Source: Candidatus Dojkabacteria bacterium (GTDB lineage: Bacteria > Patescibacteriota > Dojkabacteria > GCA-002793355). Taken from it: a DNA stretch of 64,000 nucleotides. The stretch spans positions 1,024,221 to 1,088,220 of the forward strand of contig CP129477.1 in assembly GCA_030583825.1 (NCBI GenBank), written 5' to 3'. Under the pieces are notes generated by a model. That model was given only the letters and a program-made list of their open reading frames with translations, was not told where the DNA came from and did not search any database. The position numbers and the translations under genes were made by a program. Positions 45,954-55,057 of the stretch are shown here, piece by piece; within the stretch, counting starts at the first letter, position 1; each line of letters begins with the position of its first letter.

Positions 45954-47690
45954 TTAATTTACTTGTGGAACACCCAGGTCATCTTTAATTTGATCGAAGA
46001 TTTTACCCCATAAAGGCAACACTGTTAAGTTTGCCAATTCGCCCTTGCGAGGATTTTCCACTTTTACAAGCATTATGAAGCGCGCATTCTGCGCAGGAGA
46101 ATAACCTACAAAGGTTACATTAACTCGATCATCGTAGTATCCTGGGCCATCTTTACGAGCGATTTGTGCTGTTCCAGTTTTTCCAGCAATTGAGTAACGC
46201 CCACGAAAGCGTGCCATGTCACGCTGCTGCATAATTGCGTATTCAAGCATGCCGCTCACGCTTTGAGCAATTTCCGGGCGAACAATCTGTCCGTTTGAAA
46301 CTGGATTAATGTTTATCTCTTCTTCATTGTTGTAAATCTTTTTTACAAGGTATGGCTGCATTCTTTCGCCATTATTTGCAAGCAGCGACATCGAAGAAAC
46401 AACCTGTAATGGTGTCGCTGAAAATGTTTGCCCGAATGCAATTGTCGCAGTATCGGTATCTACCCACTCATTGGCAGCTTTTAAAAAGCTTGTTTCTTCT
46501 TCCTGAAGTCCAATACCAATCGGGCGGCCAATGCCGGACTTTGTAAGATACTCATACATTGCCTGCGGCCCAATGGCCAAGCCATATTGAGCCGCACATA
46601 TATTATCCGAATGCTTTAGCGTATCTTTCGGAGTAATTTTGCCATATTTTGCTTTTCCATAGTTATAAATTGTCTTGTCGAGAACCTCGAGTTTTCCGGT
46701 ATCATCGCAAATATCGGTTTCTTTAAGCTTTCCTTCATTCATTGCAAACGCTACAGTGAGAGCTTTTTGCACAGAACCGTGCTCATACGGATCTGCAACT
46801 GCTTTGTTTTTAAATACAGACACATCTTTTATATCCCAATAGCTGTTCGGGTTGTACGTTGGGAAATTAGCAATCGAAATAATTTCTCCAGTTTTGGGGT
46901 TCATGATAATGACCGTTCCGCTGTCAGCATCCAAGTCGCGGACGCCATCTGCAATAAGCTGCTCTACTTTCTTCTGAATACCCGAGTTAATCGTCAATAC
47001 TAGGTTTTTTCCTTCTCTGAACGAAATATTTTGATACTCTTTACTGATAATGGCATTTCCCATTAAGTCGTTTTCCTGCTGAGAAAGACCACGCTTTCCT
47101 TTAATGTCCCCCCAAAAGAATCCTTCCAGCCCATAAAAGCCTTTTGCAGTACCAAATTGATCGGTGCCAACATACCCAATTAAATGAGAAGCGAGCTGTC
47201 CGTTAGGGTAAATTCGTTTTGGTGCTTCAACAGTATAAATCCCTGCAAAGTATTTTGACTCAATAATATCTTTTTGTCGCTTCGTTGCTCCTTTAAATAG
47301 TGTCACAGACGCAATATTTTCACTATTCATTTTTTTCAGCAAATCACCTTCATCCGCTTCTAAAATACTAGCCAGGCTTTGGGCAATTTCACTTTTCTTT
47401 TTTTCAAATACAGTTTTATCACTCTCGTGAACAATAGACAACACAACATCCCACGAGGGACTGTCAACAGAAAGAACAACACCGTCCTGTGTATACACAG
47501 TGCCTCGTTTTGTAAAAATTTCCTGCTGCGATGTTCTTTGGCCATCTGCTAATGCTGTAAATCGGTCGTGTTCAAAAATCTGCCAGCGCATTAACTGCGC
47601 AATGAGGATAACAAAATAAATGATAACGGAAAATCTGAGTATTGATGCCATGGACATTTTTCTTTCCTGGCGCTTTCGTTGATAGGTCAT
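45954..47690 (-). CDS. ftsI: penicillin-binding protein 2 / FtsI (class B transpeptidase)
   Basis: 578 aa with an N-terminal TM helix. The SxxK (SVQK), SxN (SDN) and KTG (AGKTGTA) motifs are present. Confidence 0.8.
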   Translation of the reverse strand: MTYQRKRQERKMSMASILRFSVIIYFVILIAQLMRWQIFEHDRFTALADGQRTSQQEIFTKRGTVYTQDGVVLSVDSPSWDVVLSIVHESDKTVFEKKKSEIAQSLASILEADEGDLLKKMNSENIASVTLFKGATKRQKDIIESKYFAGIYTVEAPKRIYPNGQLASHLIGYVGTDQFGTAKGFYGLEGFFWGDIKGKRGLSQQENDLMGNAIISKEYQNISFREGKNLVLTINSGIQKKVEQLIADGVRDLDADSGTVIIMNPKTGEIISIANFPTYNPNSYWDIKDVSVFKNKAVADPYEHGSVQKALTVAFAMNEGKLKETDICDDTGKLEVLDKTIYNYGKAKYGKITPKDTLKHSDNICAAQYGLAIGPQAMYEYLTKSGIGRPIGIGLQEEETSFLKAANEWVDTDTATIAFGQTFSATPLQVVSSMSLLANNGERMQPYLVKKIYNNEEEININPVSNGQIVRPEIAQSVSGMLEYAIMQQRDMARFRGRYSIAGKTGTAQIARKDGPGYYDDRVNVTFVGYSPAQNARFIMLVKVENPRKGELANLTVLPLWGKIFDQIKDDLGVPQVN

Positions 47691-48010
47691 TTCTGAGATA
47701 CCACTGTTTCTACTGATATAGGCTCAATATATATAACCTTTGCAGGCGAAGATGTAAACTCCTGCCCTTTTTCAGAAATCAAAAAGTTACTTGAGCGCAT
47801 AATCGCAGATTGCTCTTCATAGTCAAGATATGTGATGTTTACCGATTGAGATTGTGCATCAAAAACCCCTAATCTTTTGGCTAATGCCTCATACGATGAT
47901 GATACCTGAAACTGTACAATAACCAGTACCAACGTTAACACAACAAACAAAGCAACAACAATGTTACTTACTTCGAAATATTTTTTTTCTTTCTGATGAG
48001 GCAGTCTCAT
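47687..48010 (-). CDS. ftsL: FtsL-like small bitopic protein
   Basis: A single TM helix followed by a short periplasmic coiled region. It sits between rsmH and ftsI. The start is uncertain, since the track ORF extends to 48067 and overlaps rsmH. Confidence 0.35.
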   Translation of the reverse strand: MRLPHQKEKKYFEVSNIVVALFVVLTLVLVIVQFQVSSSYEALAKRLGVFDAQSQSVNITYLDYEEQSAIMRSSNFLISEKGQEFTSSPAKVIYIEPISVETVVSQK

Positions 48011-48977
48011 GCTTGGTAATAACAAATAACTTAGCACTTCGTGCTCGAGGGTTTCGAGCAACTTCATTCTTTGTTGGAAGATATTTCTTCACTGACAAAA
48101 AGTTTTCTTTTACAAAGTTTTGAACAATCTTCTCTTCCGCGCTGTGGTATGTCATAACGAGCATTTTGCCATGACTAGCAATCAAATCAGTGGCTGCAGG
48201 AAGAGCCTCAACCAAATTCTGCAGCTCCGTATTTACTGCGATACGCAGAGCAAGAAATACAAGAGTTGCTGGATGAAGCCTTCCCACTGCCCCTTTTCGT
48301 ATAGGTATGATTTTGGAGGCAATTGCATTTATTCGTTTTACATCGTTCGAATTACCGAACCTTTGTGCATCACGCGCAGATACGATTGCTTTTGCCATTT
48401 CGCGGGCCACTGGCTTTCGCATACCAACGGTAAAAACAAACATATCTGTGAGCTTATGAGTACTTAATGTATTTAAAAGATCATATGCAGTCACTGCATA
48501 TGTCTCTGTATCCATTCGCATATCTAAAACAGAGTCACCTTGAAAGCTAAATCCGCGAGATCGCTGTGCAAGCTGGCGCGAGGAAATTCCAAGGTCAAAA
48601 AGAATAATTCCAACAGGTGGAAGTACATTTTGCAGATTACGTGCAACATCTGCAAGATGAGCAAAATTTTGCTGTACATAAATCCACTGACCAGGAAGTT
48701 TTGTATATTTCTTGCGTGAATCTATTGGCGTGACCGCAGGAAATTTTTTCTGTACGAATGAGACACTCTCCTTGTCCCAATCGAAACTGAGCAAAACTCG
48801 CTGTCGAAATTGAGAAATATAATGCTCGTACATTTTTGAAGAATGTCCACCGTCACCCATTGTACAGTCAATGATTGTGACTGCATTTGCTTTCAGTGAC
48901 TGGCACTCCTGCATAACGCGACGAAGCATTACAGGAACATGAATGGAATGGAGATTGGGGGCAGTCAAGGACTTCAT
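47964..48977 (-). CDS. rsmH: 16S rRNA (cytosine1402-N4)-methyltransferase RsmH (MraW)
   Basis: HVPVML...IIDCTMGDGGHS is the diagnostic RsmH N-terminal motif. Its position directly after mraZ also supports the call. Confidence 0.9.
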   Translation of the reverse strand: MKSLTAPNLHSIHVPVMLRRVMQECQSLKANAVTIIDCTMGDGGHSSKMYEHYISQFRQRVLLSFDWDKESVSFVQKKFPAVTPIDSRKKYTKLPGQWIYVQQNFAHLADVARNLQNVLPPVGIILFDLGISSRQLAQRSRGFSFQGDSVLDMRMDTETYAVTAYDLLNTLSTHKLTDMFVFTVGMRKPVAREMAKAIVSARDAQRFGNSNDVKRINAIASKIIPIRKGAVGRLHPATLVFLALRIAVNTELQNLVEALPAATDLIASHGKMLVMTYHSAEEKIVQNFVKENFLSVKKYLPTKNEVARNPRARSAKLFVITKHETASSERKKIFRSK

Positions 48978-49465
48978 TGCTTTGCAGGATCTCCCTGTAA
49001 CAATTTAAGTTCTTGAGCAATCTCATCCGCATTCTCTTCAACATATGAAAGCCTTTGTTCCCACAATGATTTTTCCCAAATCTCGACCCAGTTTACGAGG
49101 CCGACAAATACAACTTCAGAAGAATCATTCTGTGCATAGTTCACTTTTGAGTATTCACGCAACATTGCTGGAACAACAATACGTCCCTGTTTATCTGGCT
49201 CAACGGTAAATGAGCTACCAACAAGAAAACGCAATGTATCACGAATATTTCGATCGAAAAATGAACTCTTCTGCAGTGGTTCAACAATAAGAGACCATTT
49301 GTCAGTCGGAACTAATAAAAGTGAACCCTCGTACCCTTTTGCAATAATACATGACTTTCCAAGGATTTTTCTAAATTCGCTGGGGATTGCGATACGAACA
49401 CCGGCAACAACTTTTGAACTATATTCTCCTGCGAGTATTTTTGCTGATTCACCATTTTTCACCAT
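48974..49465 (-). CDS. mraZ: transcriptional regulator MraZ
   Basis: 163 aa. It has the duplicated MraZ fold with R-I-x-I/V-P motifs (VRIAIPSEFRKIL, GRIVVPAMLREY). Confidence 0.85.
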   Translation of the reverse strand: MVKNGESAKILAGEYSSKVVAGVRIAIPSEFRKILGKSCIIAKGYEGSLLLVPTDKWSLIVEPLQKSSFFDRNIRDTLRFLVGSSFTVEPDKQGRIVVPAMLREYSKVNYAQNDSSEVVFVGLVNWVEIWEKSLWEQRLSYVEENADEIAQELKLLQGDPAKQ

Positions 49466-49542
49466 ACTTAACCATTATACAATGTACAGAAAAACAATGC
49501 AAGCGCTAAAGGGACAGAATTTATGACTGCTTTACGAGAAAA

Positions 49543-50046
49543 TTATTGAATAGTTTTTCTAAAAAATTCGTACATGGTTATGCTGCCAGCCTCTGCAACA
49601 TTAAGAGACTCTTTTTGCCCTTCCATCGGGAGCATAAGGACTTTATTTACAGTTTTAAGCACTTCCTGTGACACTCCTTCGACTTCATTGCCAAGACAAA
49701 TAGCAATAGGATAACTTTCTGGGACATAGTCAAACACTGAAATTGCATTAGGGACAAGCTCAAGAGCAAACGTCGGAATACTGAGTTTTTGCAGCTCAAC
49801 GATAGCTTCTTTTGCAGAAGAAACTGCTATCCATGGAACATACTGCTCCGCATTAAGTGAGGTTTTATGAACGCGAAAATGGTCACCGTCGGGAGTATAG
49901 CCAGCCATAATAATACCAGTGATTCCAGTACCATCTGCTGTTCGTAATAGGGCACCAACGTTATATGCTGATCGAATATTTTCAGCGATGAGCCACACTT
50001 TGTATTTTGTAAGTTTTGGAATTTCGGAAAGTGATTCTATTTTCAT
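49543..50046 (-). CDS. SPOUT (SpoU/TrmH family) RNA 2'-O-methyltransferase, TrmL-like size
   Basis: 167 aa with SPOUT motifs NVGALLRTADGTG, LGNEVEGVS and LNVAEAGSITMYE. Its ATG overlaps the recG TGA in an ATGA arrangement. Confidence 0.7.
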   Translation of the reverse strand: MKIESLSEIPKLTKYKVWLIAENIRSAYNVGALLRTADGTGITGIIMAGYTPDGDHFRVHKTSLNAEQYVPWIAVSSAKEAIVELQKLSIPTFALELVPNAISVFDYVPESYPIAICLGNEVEGVSQEVLKTVNKVLMLPMEGQKESLNVAEAGSITMYEFFRKTIQ

Positions 50047-52094
50047 GATTGTTTCGCTCTCATTATTGAAGGAATGTGTATATTTTTTTCCTTGAGCGAA
50101 TTATACAATGTTTCGGATTCTTTCAGAAGCTTAAAATGAGATAAATCTGCGACTTTGAGCTGAATAAATCCTGATTGCTTTGTCCCAAAGATATTGCCCG
50201 GCCCGCGATTTTTCAAGTCGTAAGAGGCAAGATCCAAGCCTTTCGTATGATCACAGAAGTATGCCAAACGTTCATTTTCTTCTTCTGTATCAGGGATCAA
50301 AAAACAATATGCTTTGCTCCCATCTCGGCCGACTCTTCCTCTCAGTTGGTGAAGCTGCGCAAGTCCAAATCGCTCCGCACTGTGAATAAACATAATGCTT
50401 GCATCGGGAATATCAATACCGACTTCAATAACCGGCGTACAGCAAAGAATCTTTATTTCTCCACGCGAAAACTTTTCAAGCACAGCGAATTTCTCTTTGT
50501 CAGTCATTTTTCCATGGAGCAGACCTGTTGGAATATCCTGAAAATAATTTTCCTGTAAAAATGCAGCTCTTTCTTTTAGCGCCGTTGCCTGTAATGACTC
50601 CGATTCTTCAATAAGTGGAAACACTAAAAACGCTTTTTTATTTTCAGCAGCCTGCTCTGCTACCCAGGTGTAGGCAGCATCAAGCTTTTCTTGTTTTACA
50701 ACTTTTGACGAAATATTATAGTCTTTCTGTGGACGTTCATCTAAAAACAATGCGTCAGTAAAACCGAAAAATGAATGTGCAAGTGACCGTGGAATCGGTG
50801 TCGCACTTAATGACAACACATGCGGAGACTTCTTTTTCTTTGTGACAAAATGCTCTCGCTGCGAGACACCAAAACGATGCTGCTCGTCAATAATAACAAG
50901 ACCAACCTCTCCAAATTGTGATTTATCTTTGTGAAGCAGTGCGTGTGTTCCAATAAACAGTGTTGGCTCAGTTGCAAGAAGTTTCTTCGACTTTGCCGTG
51001 CTGGTAACTTTTATAATCGGACTTTTCTTTTTCCAGCGTTTAAAATACCCTGTTGCGGCATTTTCATGCTGCTGCGCAAGAACGGTTGTCGGTGCGAGCA
51101 TAATAACTGAATAGCCGGCGTCAAGCCATAACGCAGCAATAATTAGGCTGACAATTGTTTTTCCACTGCCAACATCTCCATATAATAAAGTGTCCGTTGC
51201 TTCTTTTGATTCAGCATACCCTGCAATCAAGCTGGAAATAATATCTGATTGTCCATTAGTCAGTGCGAACGGAAGAAACTTCGTATATGTTGGCAAGTAC
51301 TTATTTACCTCGCTAAATTTGAGAAATGGCAAAGATTTTACTTCTTGGAGCTTTCTCTCTTTTGCAAATTCTTCTCTTAGCTCAAGTAATTCCTGCAACG
51401 CAAGGCGGTGAAATGCCATTTTTATATTTGTCTGGCGGTCAGGATAATGCAGATGCTCAAACGCATTCGGCAATGTGTCACATTTAAAGTCTTTTAATAT
51501 TGTGGTGGGAATGTATTCTTGAAATTGAGTATTGACTCCTTTTAATTCATGAAAAAATCGTCGAAAGTATGGAGTTGTTACAGTTCCGCATTTTCTATAC
51601 ATTGGAGTTATTCTCCCCAAATGTACGGTCAGTTTCCCTTCTCGGACAATCTCATAGTCAGGGTTATACATTATTACTTTTCTTCCTTTTTGCTGAATCT
51701 TTCCAGAAAACAACACTTCGTCGCCTTCTTTTAATGATTTTGCAATATACGGTTGTTGAAACCATATTCCATGTATTTCGCGGAGTGGGTTTTGCGAGTC
51801 AGAAACATGAATTTCTGTAATATTTTTTCGCGTACGAGTATAGACAGACGAAACGTGCGATACAATCCCACGTACTGTCAACTTATCTGAAAGATTGCTA
51901 AATAGTGCAAGTTGCTGTAAGCGTTCATGAACATGCGCGACAGATAAAATTTCGGTTGTATCCTTATATTTTGTCGGCAGATAATAAAAAAGATCTGCAA
52001 CGGTTGAAATACCGACTTTTTCTAATTCTTCAGCCTTTTGCGGCCCTACATACTTCACCTGCGAAATCGGCTGTGACAGTACGTACTTGCTCAC
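50043..52094 (-). CDS. recG: ATP-dependent DNA helicase RecG
   Basis: 683 aa. Wedge/OB N-terminus, Walker A GDVGSGKT, DEQH box IIDEQHRFGV, and the helicase motifs VI. It starts with GTG. Confidence 0.9.
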   Translation of the reverse strand: MSKYVLSQPISQVKYVGPQKAEELEKVGISTVADLFYYLPTKYKDTTEILSVAHVHERLQQLALFSNLSDKLTVRGIVSHVSSVYTRTRKNITEIHVSDSQNPLREIHGIWFQQPYIAKSLKEGDEVLFSGKIQQKGRKVIMYNPDYEIVREGKLTVHLGRITPMYRKCGTVTTPYFRRFFHELKGVNTQFQEYIPTTILKDFKCDTLPNAFEHLHYPDRQTNIKMAFHRLALQELLELREEFAKERKLQEVKSLPFLKFSEVNKYLPTYTKFLPFALTNGQSDIISSLIAGYAESKEATDTLLYGDVGSGKTIVSLIIAALWLDAGYSVIMLAPTTVLAQQHENAATGYFKRWKKKSPIIKVTSTAKSKKLLATEPTLFIGTHALLHKDKSQFGEVGLVIIDEQHRFGVSQREHFVTKKKKSPHVLSLSATPIPRSLAHSFFGFTDALFLDERPQKDYNISSKVVKQEKLDAAYTWVAEQAAENKKAFLVFPLIEESESLQATALKERAAFLQENYFQDIPTGLLHGKMTDKEKFAVLEKFSRGEIKILCCTPVIEVGIDIPDASIMFIHSAERFGLAQLHQLRGRVGRDGSKAYCFLIPDTEEENERLAYFCDHTKGLDLASYDLKNRGPGNIFGTKQSGFIQLKVADLSHFKLLKESETLYNSLKEKNIHIPSIMRAKQS

Positions 52095-52097
52095 AAT

Positions 52098-52235
52098 TTA
52101 GAGAATCTGAAGTAAAGGCAGGGCAACCATAGCAAATATAATGATAAGCACAAAGATGAGTAGTAATCCTTGAGATAGCACTTTGAGTACCTTTTCCTTT
52201 GTTAAGAGAGGCTTTTTCTTGGCTTTTTCTTTCAT
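52098..52235 (-). CDS. candidate 45-aa single-TM small protein, translationally coupled to recG
   Basis: Hand translation gives MKEKAKKKPLLTKEKVLKVLSQGLLLIFVLIIIFAMVALPLLQIL. Its TAA stop is followed by ATT and then the recG GTG start. It is too short for the ORF track. Confidence 0.3.
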   Translation of the reverse strand: MKEKAKKKPLLTKEKVLKVLSQGLLLIFVLIIIFAMVALPLLQIL

Positions 52236-52285
52236 AAGACATTATATCATGTTACATCTGTTGAAATAGTACGTTATAATCAAAT

Positions 52286-54967
52286 ATGAATTACAAGATG
52301 AGACAGCCTGTGCGTACAGCAAAGGCACCGAAATTTACGACATTAAAGTCAACTCAAAAAGCTGCCTTACTAAGACGTTCTGGCAAGAAAACAGCTGTCA
52401 AAGTTCTCTTTACAGTATTGGGTATCATCACTGGTCTCTTATTTATTGGAGGTATTATTGGATCCATTCTTGTAACAGGTTATGTTGGTGCTATTAATGC
52501 CTCACTTCCCGACGCAGGAAAACTTGTTACTCGTGACCTTGAACAAAGTACAAAAATATTTGATAGAAACGGCACGCTTTTGTACACAGTACATGGAGAA
52601 ATTAACCGCGAATTCATCTCTCTGGACAAAGTTCCTAACCATGTAAAATGGTCATTACTTGCAGCAGAAGATGTTGATTTTTACGAACACCGTGGCATTG
52701 ACGTTACCGGAATACTCTCATCTTTATTAACATGGGCACAGGGAGGAGACCTTCGCGGAGCAAGTACGATTACTCAGCAGCTCACTCGAAACACTGTTCT
52801 TGTTGATTTACTCGGACAAGATGAAGCATTCACACGAAGCGTCGAACGAAAAGTCAAAGAAATTCTTGCCAGCTTTCAAATTGAAAACAAGCTGACTAAA
52901 GATCAGATTTTAGAACTGTATATGAACGAAGTCCCATTAGGTGGTAACAATTACGGATGGCAGACAGCATCAAAAGCATATTTCAACAAAAATGTTCAAG
53001 ACTTAACTGTCGCAGAGAGTGCTTTTATCGCAGGTATCACTCAGGCACCGTCGTTTTATGTTAATGCAATGGCAAACGGAAACGAAGCTGTCGTAAAGAA
53101 ACGACGAGATTTAATTCTTGAACTTATGCTCAAATACAAGGATAAAACAGGCGTTACAGAAGAAGAAATAAAAGCGGCAATTGAAGAACCAATTAAGCTA
53201 AACCCCGGAAGAATTGATCTTATTGCTCCTCACTTTGTGTTCTATGTTATCGAAGAACTCGAAAAGAAATATGGTGCAGAAGCACTTCGAACCGGTGGAT
53301 TACGAGTAAAAACAACACTTGATCTTGAAACACAAACAATTGCCAATGAAGAACTTGGTAATTCTATTCAGAACTTTAGAACATGGTATGGCGTTCACAA
53401 TGGTGCCGTTGTTATTATTGACCCGCGTAACGGCGAAATTCTTACAATGATCGGCTCCGTTGATTATAACAATCAAGCCGATCGAAGAGTTGACGGAAAT
53501 GTGAACGTGGCAGTCATGCCACGCCAGATGGGATCGTCAACGAAACCAATTACCTACCTTGAAGCATTTCGTCTTGGATATAACCCAGGATCGCTTGCAC
53601 CTGACATTCCAATGAGTTTTGGTGCATACAAGCCTGAAAACTGGAACCGAAAATACGAAGGAATCATGAGTATGCGTACTGCCTTAAACTTGTCCCGAAA
53701 CATTCCAGCTGTCTACACATTGCAAATGATCGGCGGCCCAGACACATTCGTTAATGCAGCAGAAAAACTTGGTTACACAACTCTCACAAAACGCGAAGAT
53801 TACGGGTTAAGCATGACACTTGGAGCAGGAGACATGCGCTTGCTCGAGCATACCAATGCATTCGCAGTATTTGCAAACAAAGGAGTTAAATATGACACAA
53901 CCGCAATTCTTGAAATTACTGATGCAGCCGGAAAAGTGCTGTATAACCACGATCCAAAGAAAACAGAAAAGCGTGTCTACTCAGAAGAAGAAATTTTCCT
54001 CTTAAACTGGGTGCTCTGTCAGATGGGTGGCCGCGAAGATAAATCTGCCGCAGGAATGTATAACGCAGGTGGTCAGAAGTTCTGTGGAAAAACAGGAACA
54101 ACAAACGGCCCTAAGGACTTAATCACAATGGCATATTACCCACGATTATCAGTAGGTATTTGGACAGGAAATAACAATGGAGACTTAACATTCGGAACAC
54201 GTGGTCAGGGATGGAGTGAAAACGTTCCTATCGTCATTGCACGAAATATTATGAACCGCTTGATTCCAAAGTATGGAAAAGAGTTTTATGTTCAGCCTGG
54301 TGGAGTCGTTGGAGGATCAGTCTGTAAAGACACAGGTATGGCAGCTGGTGGAGACGTAAAGTGTGATAAAGAAAGCTCAGTATTTATTCGATCAAAGCTT
54401 CCAGCACAAGATAACGCTCATAAATACTTCCCAATTTGTACAAAGAACGGAAAGATTCCGTCAAACGAAGCAGAAGCCCGATTAAATGGCCATGTCGAAG
54501 ATAAGTTGTTCTTGGACTTTGCCTTACCAAACCGAGCACAGCAAGGAGCCTACGAAACATTTATGCGCGAAAAACATGGCGTTATGATGTTAAAAGATAA
54601 GCCAGAAACCGCGTATTGTGAACCGGATGCACCATTACCCGTGGTTGCGATTACCCTTCCGGCAGCAAATGCAACATTTGCCCGAGGAGCGTCGTTTAGT
54701 TTTAGAGCAACAGCAACCGTCGCCGCACCGCTAACAATTACAAAAGTCACCTATTACTTTGACTCAACACTATTGGGAGAAAAGGCAACATTGCCATACA
54801 ATATTACTGCGAATATTCCGGCAGATGCAGCAGGCGGGCCACATACACTACGTGCAGTTGCAACAGACTCACAGGGACGAAACGTCGAAGCGACGATTCA
54901 AATAAACGTTACAGTACCTGTTACTCCAACACCAACCGCGACGCCTACTCCTACACCGACACCATGA
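52286..54967 (+). CDS. mrcA: class A penicillin-binding protein (PBP1A-type bifunctional transglycosylase/transpeptidase) with an Ig-like C-terminal domain and a PT-repeat tail
   Basis: 893 aa with an N-terminal TM anchor. GT51 motifs EDVDFYEHRGID and GASTITQQ are present. Transpeptidase motifs SSTKP, SRN and KTGT are present. The C-terminus reads ...VTPTPTATPTPTPTP and ends with a TGA stop. Confidence 0.85.
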   Translation: MNYKMRQPVRTAKAPKFTTLKSTQKAALLRRSGKKTAVKVLFTVLGIITGLLFIGGIIGSILVTGYVGAINASLPDAGKLVTRDLEQSTKIFDRNGTLLYTVHGEINREFISLDKVPNHVKWSLLAAEDVDFYEHRGIDVTGILSSLLTWAQGGDLRGASTITQQLTRNTVLVDLLGQDEAFTRSVERKVKEILASFQIENKLTKDQILELYMNEVPLGGNNYGWQTASKAYFNKNVQDLTVAESAFIAGITQAPSFYVNAMANGNEAVVKKRRDLILELMLKYKDKTGVTEEEIKAAIEEPIKLNPGRIDLIAPHFVFYVIEELEKKYGAEALRTGGLRVKTTLDLETQTIANEELGNSIQNFRTWYGVHNGAVVIIDPRNGEILTMIGSVDYNNQADRRVDGNVNVAVMPRQMGSSTKPITYLEAFRLGYNPGSLAPDIPMSFGAYKPENWNRKYEGIMSMRTALNLSRNIPAVYTLQMIGGPDTFVNAAEKLGYTTLTKREDYGLSMTLGAGDMRLLEHTNAFAVFANKGVKYDTTAILEITDAAGKVLYNHDPKKTEKRVYSEEEIFLLNWVLCQMGGREDKSAAGMYNAGGQKFCGKTGTTNGPKDLITMAYYPRLSVGIWTGNNNGDLTFGTRGQGWSENVPIVIARNIMNRLIPKYGKEFYVQPGGVVGGSVCKDTGMAAGGDVKCDKESSVFIRSKLPAQDNAHKYFPICTKNGKIPSNEAEARLNGHVEDKLFLDFALPNRAQQGAYETFMREKHGVMMLKDKPETAYCEPDAPLPVVAITLPAANATFARGASFSFRATATVAAPLTITKVTYYFDSTLLGEKATLPYNITANIPADAAGGPHTLRAVATDSQGRNVEATIQINVTVPVTPTPTATPTPTPTP

Positions 54968-55057
54968 ATTCAACTTTTTACCTGGTGATCGTAATATCGC
55001 ATAAAAACTAACAGCCATTGAGCTGCTTTGCTTCATTCTTGTAGTTTTTAGGGAGAA

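Noticed and set aside
52030-52242. 70-aa ORF upstream of recG
   Set aside because: It runs 64 nt into recG in a different frame. A 45-aa single-TM ORF in another frame ends cleanly just before the recG start and is more plausible. This is not certain.
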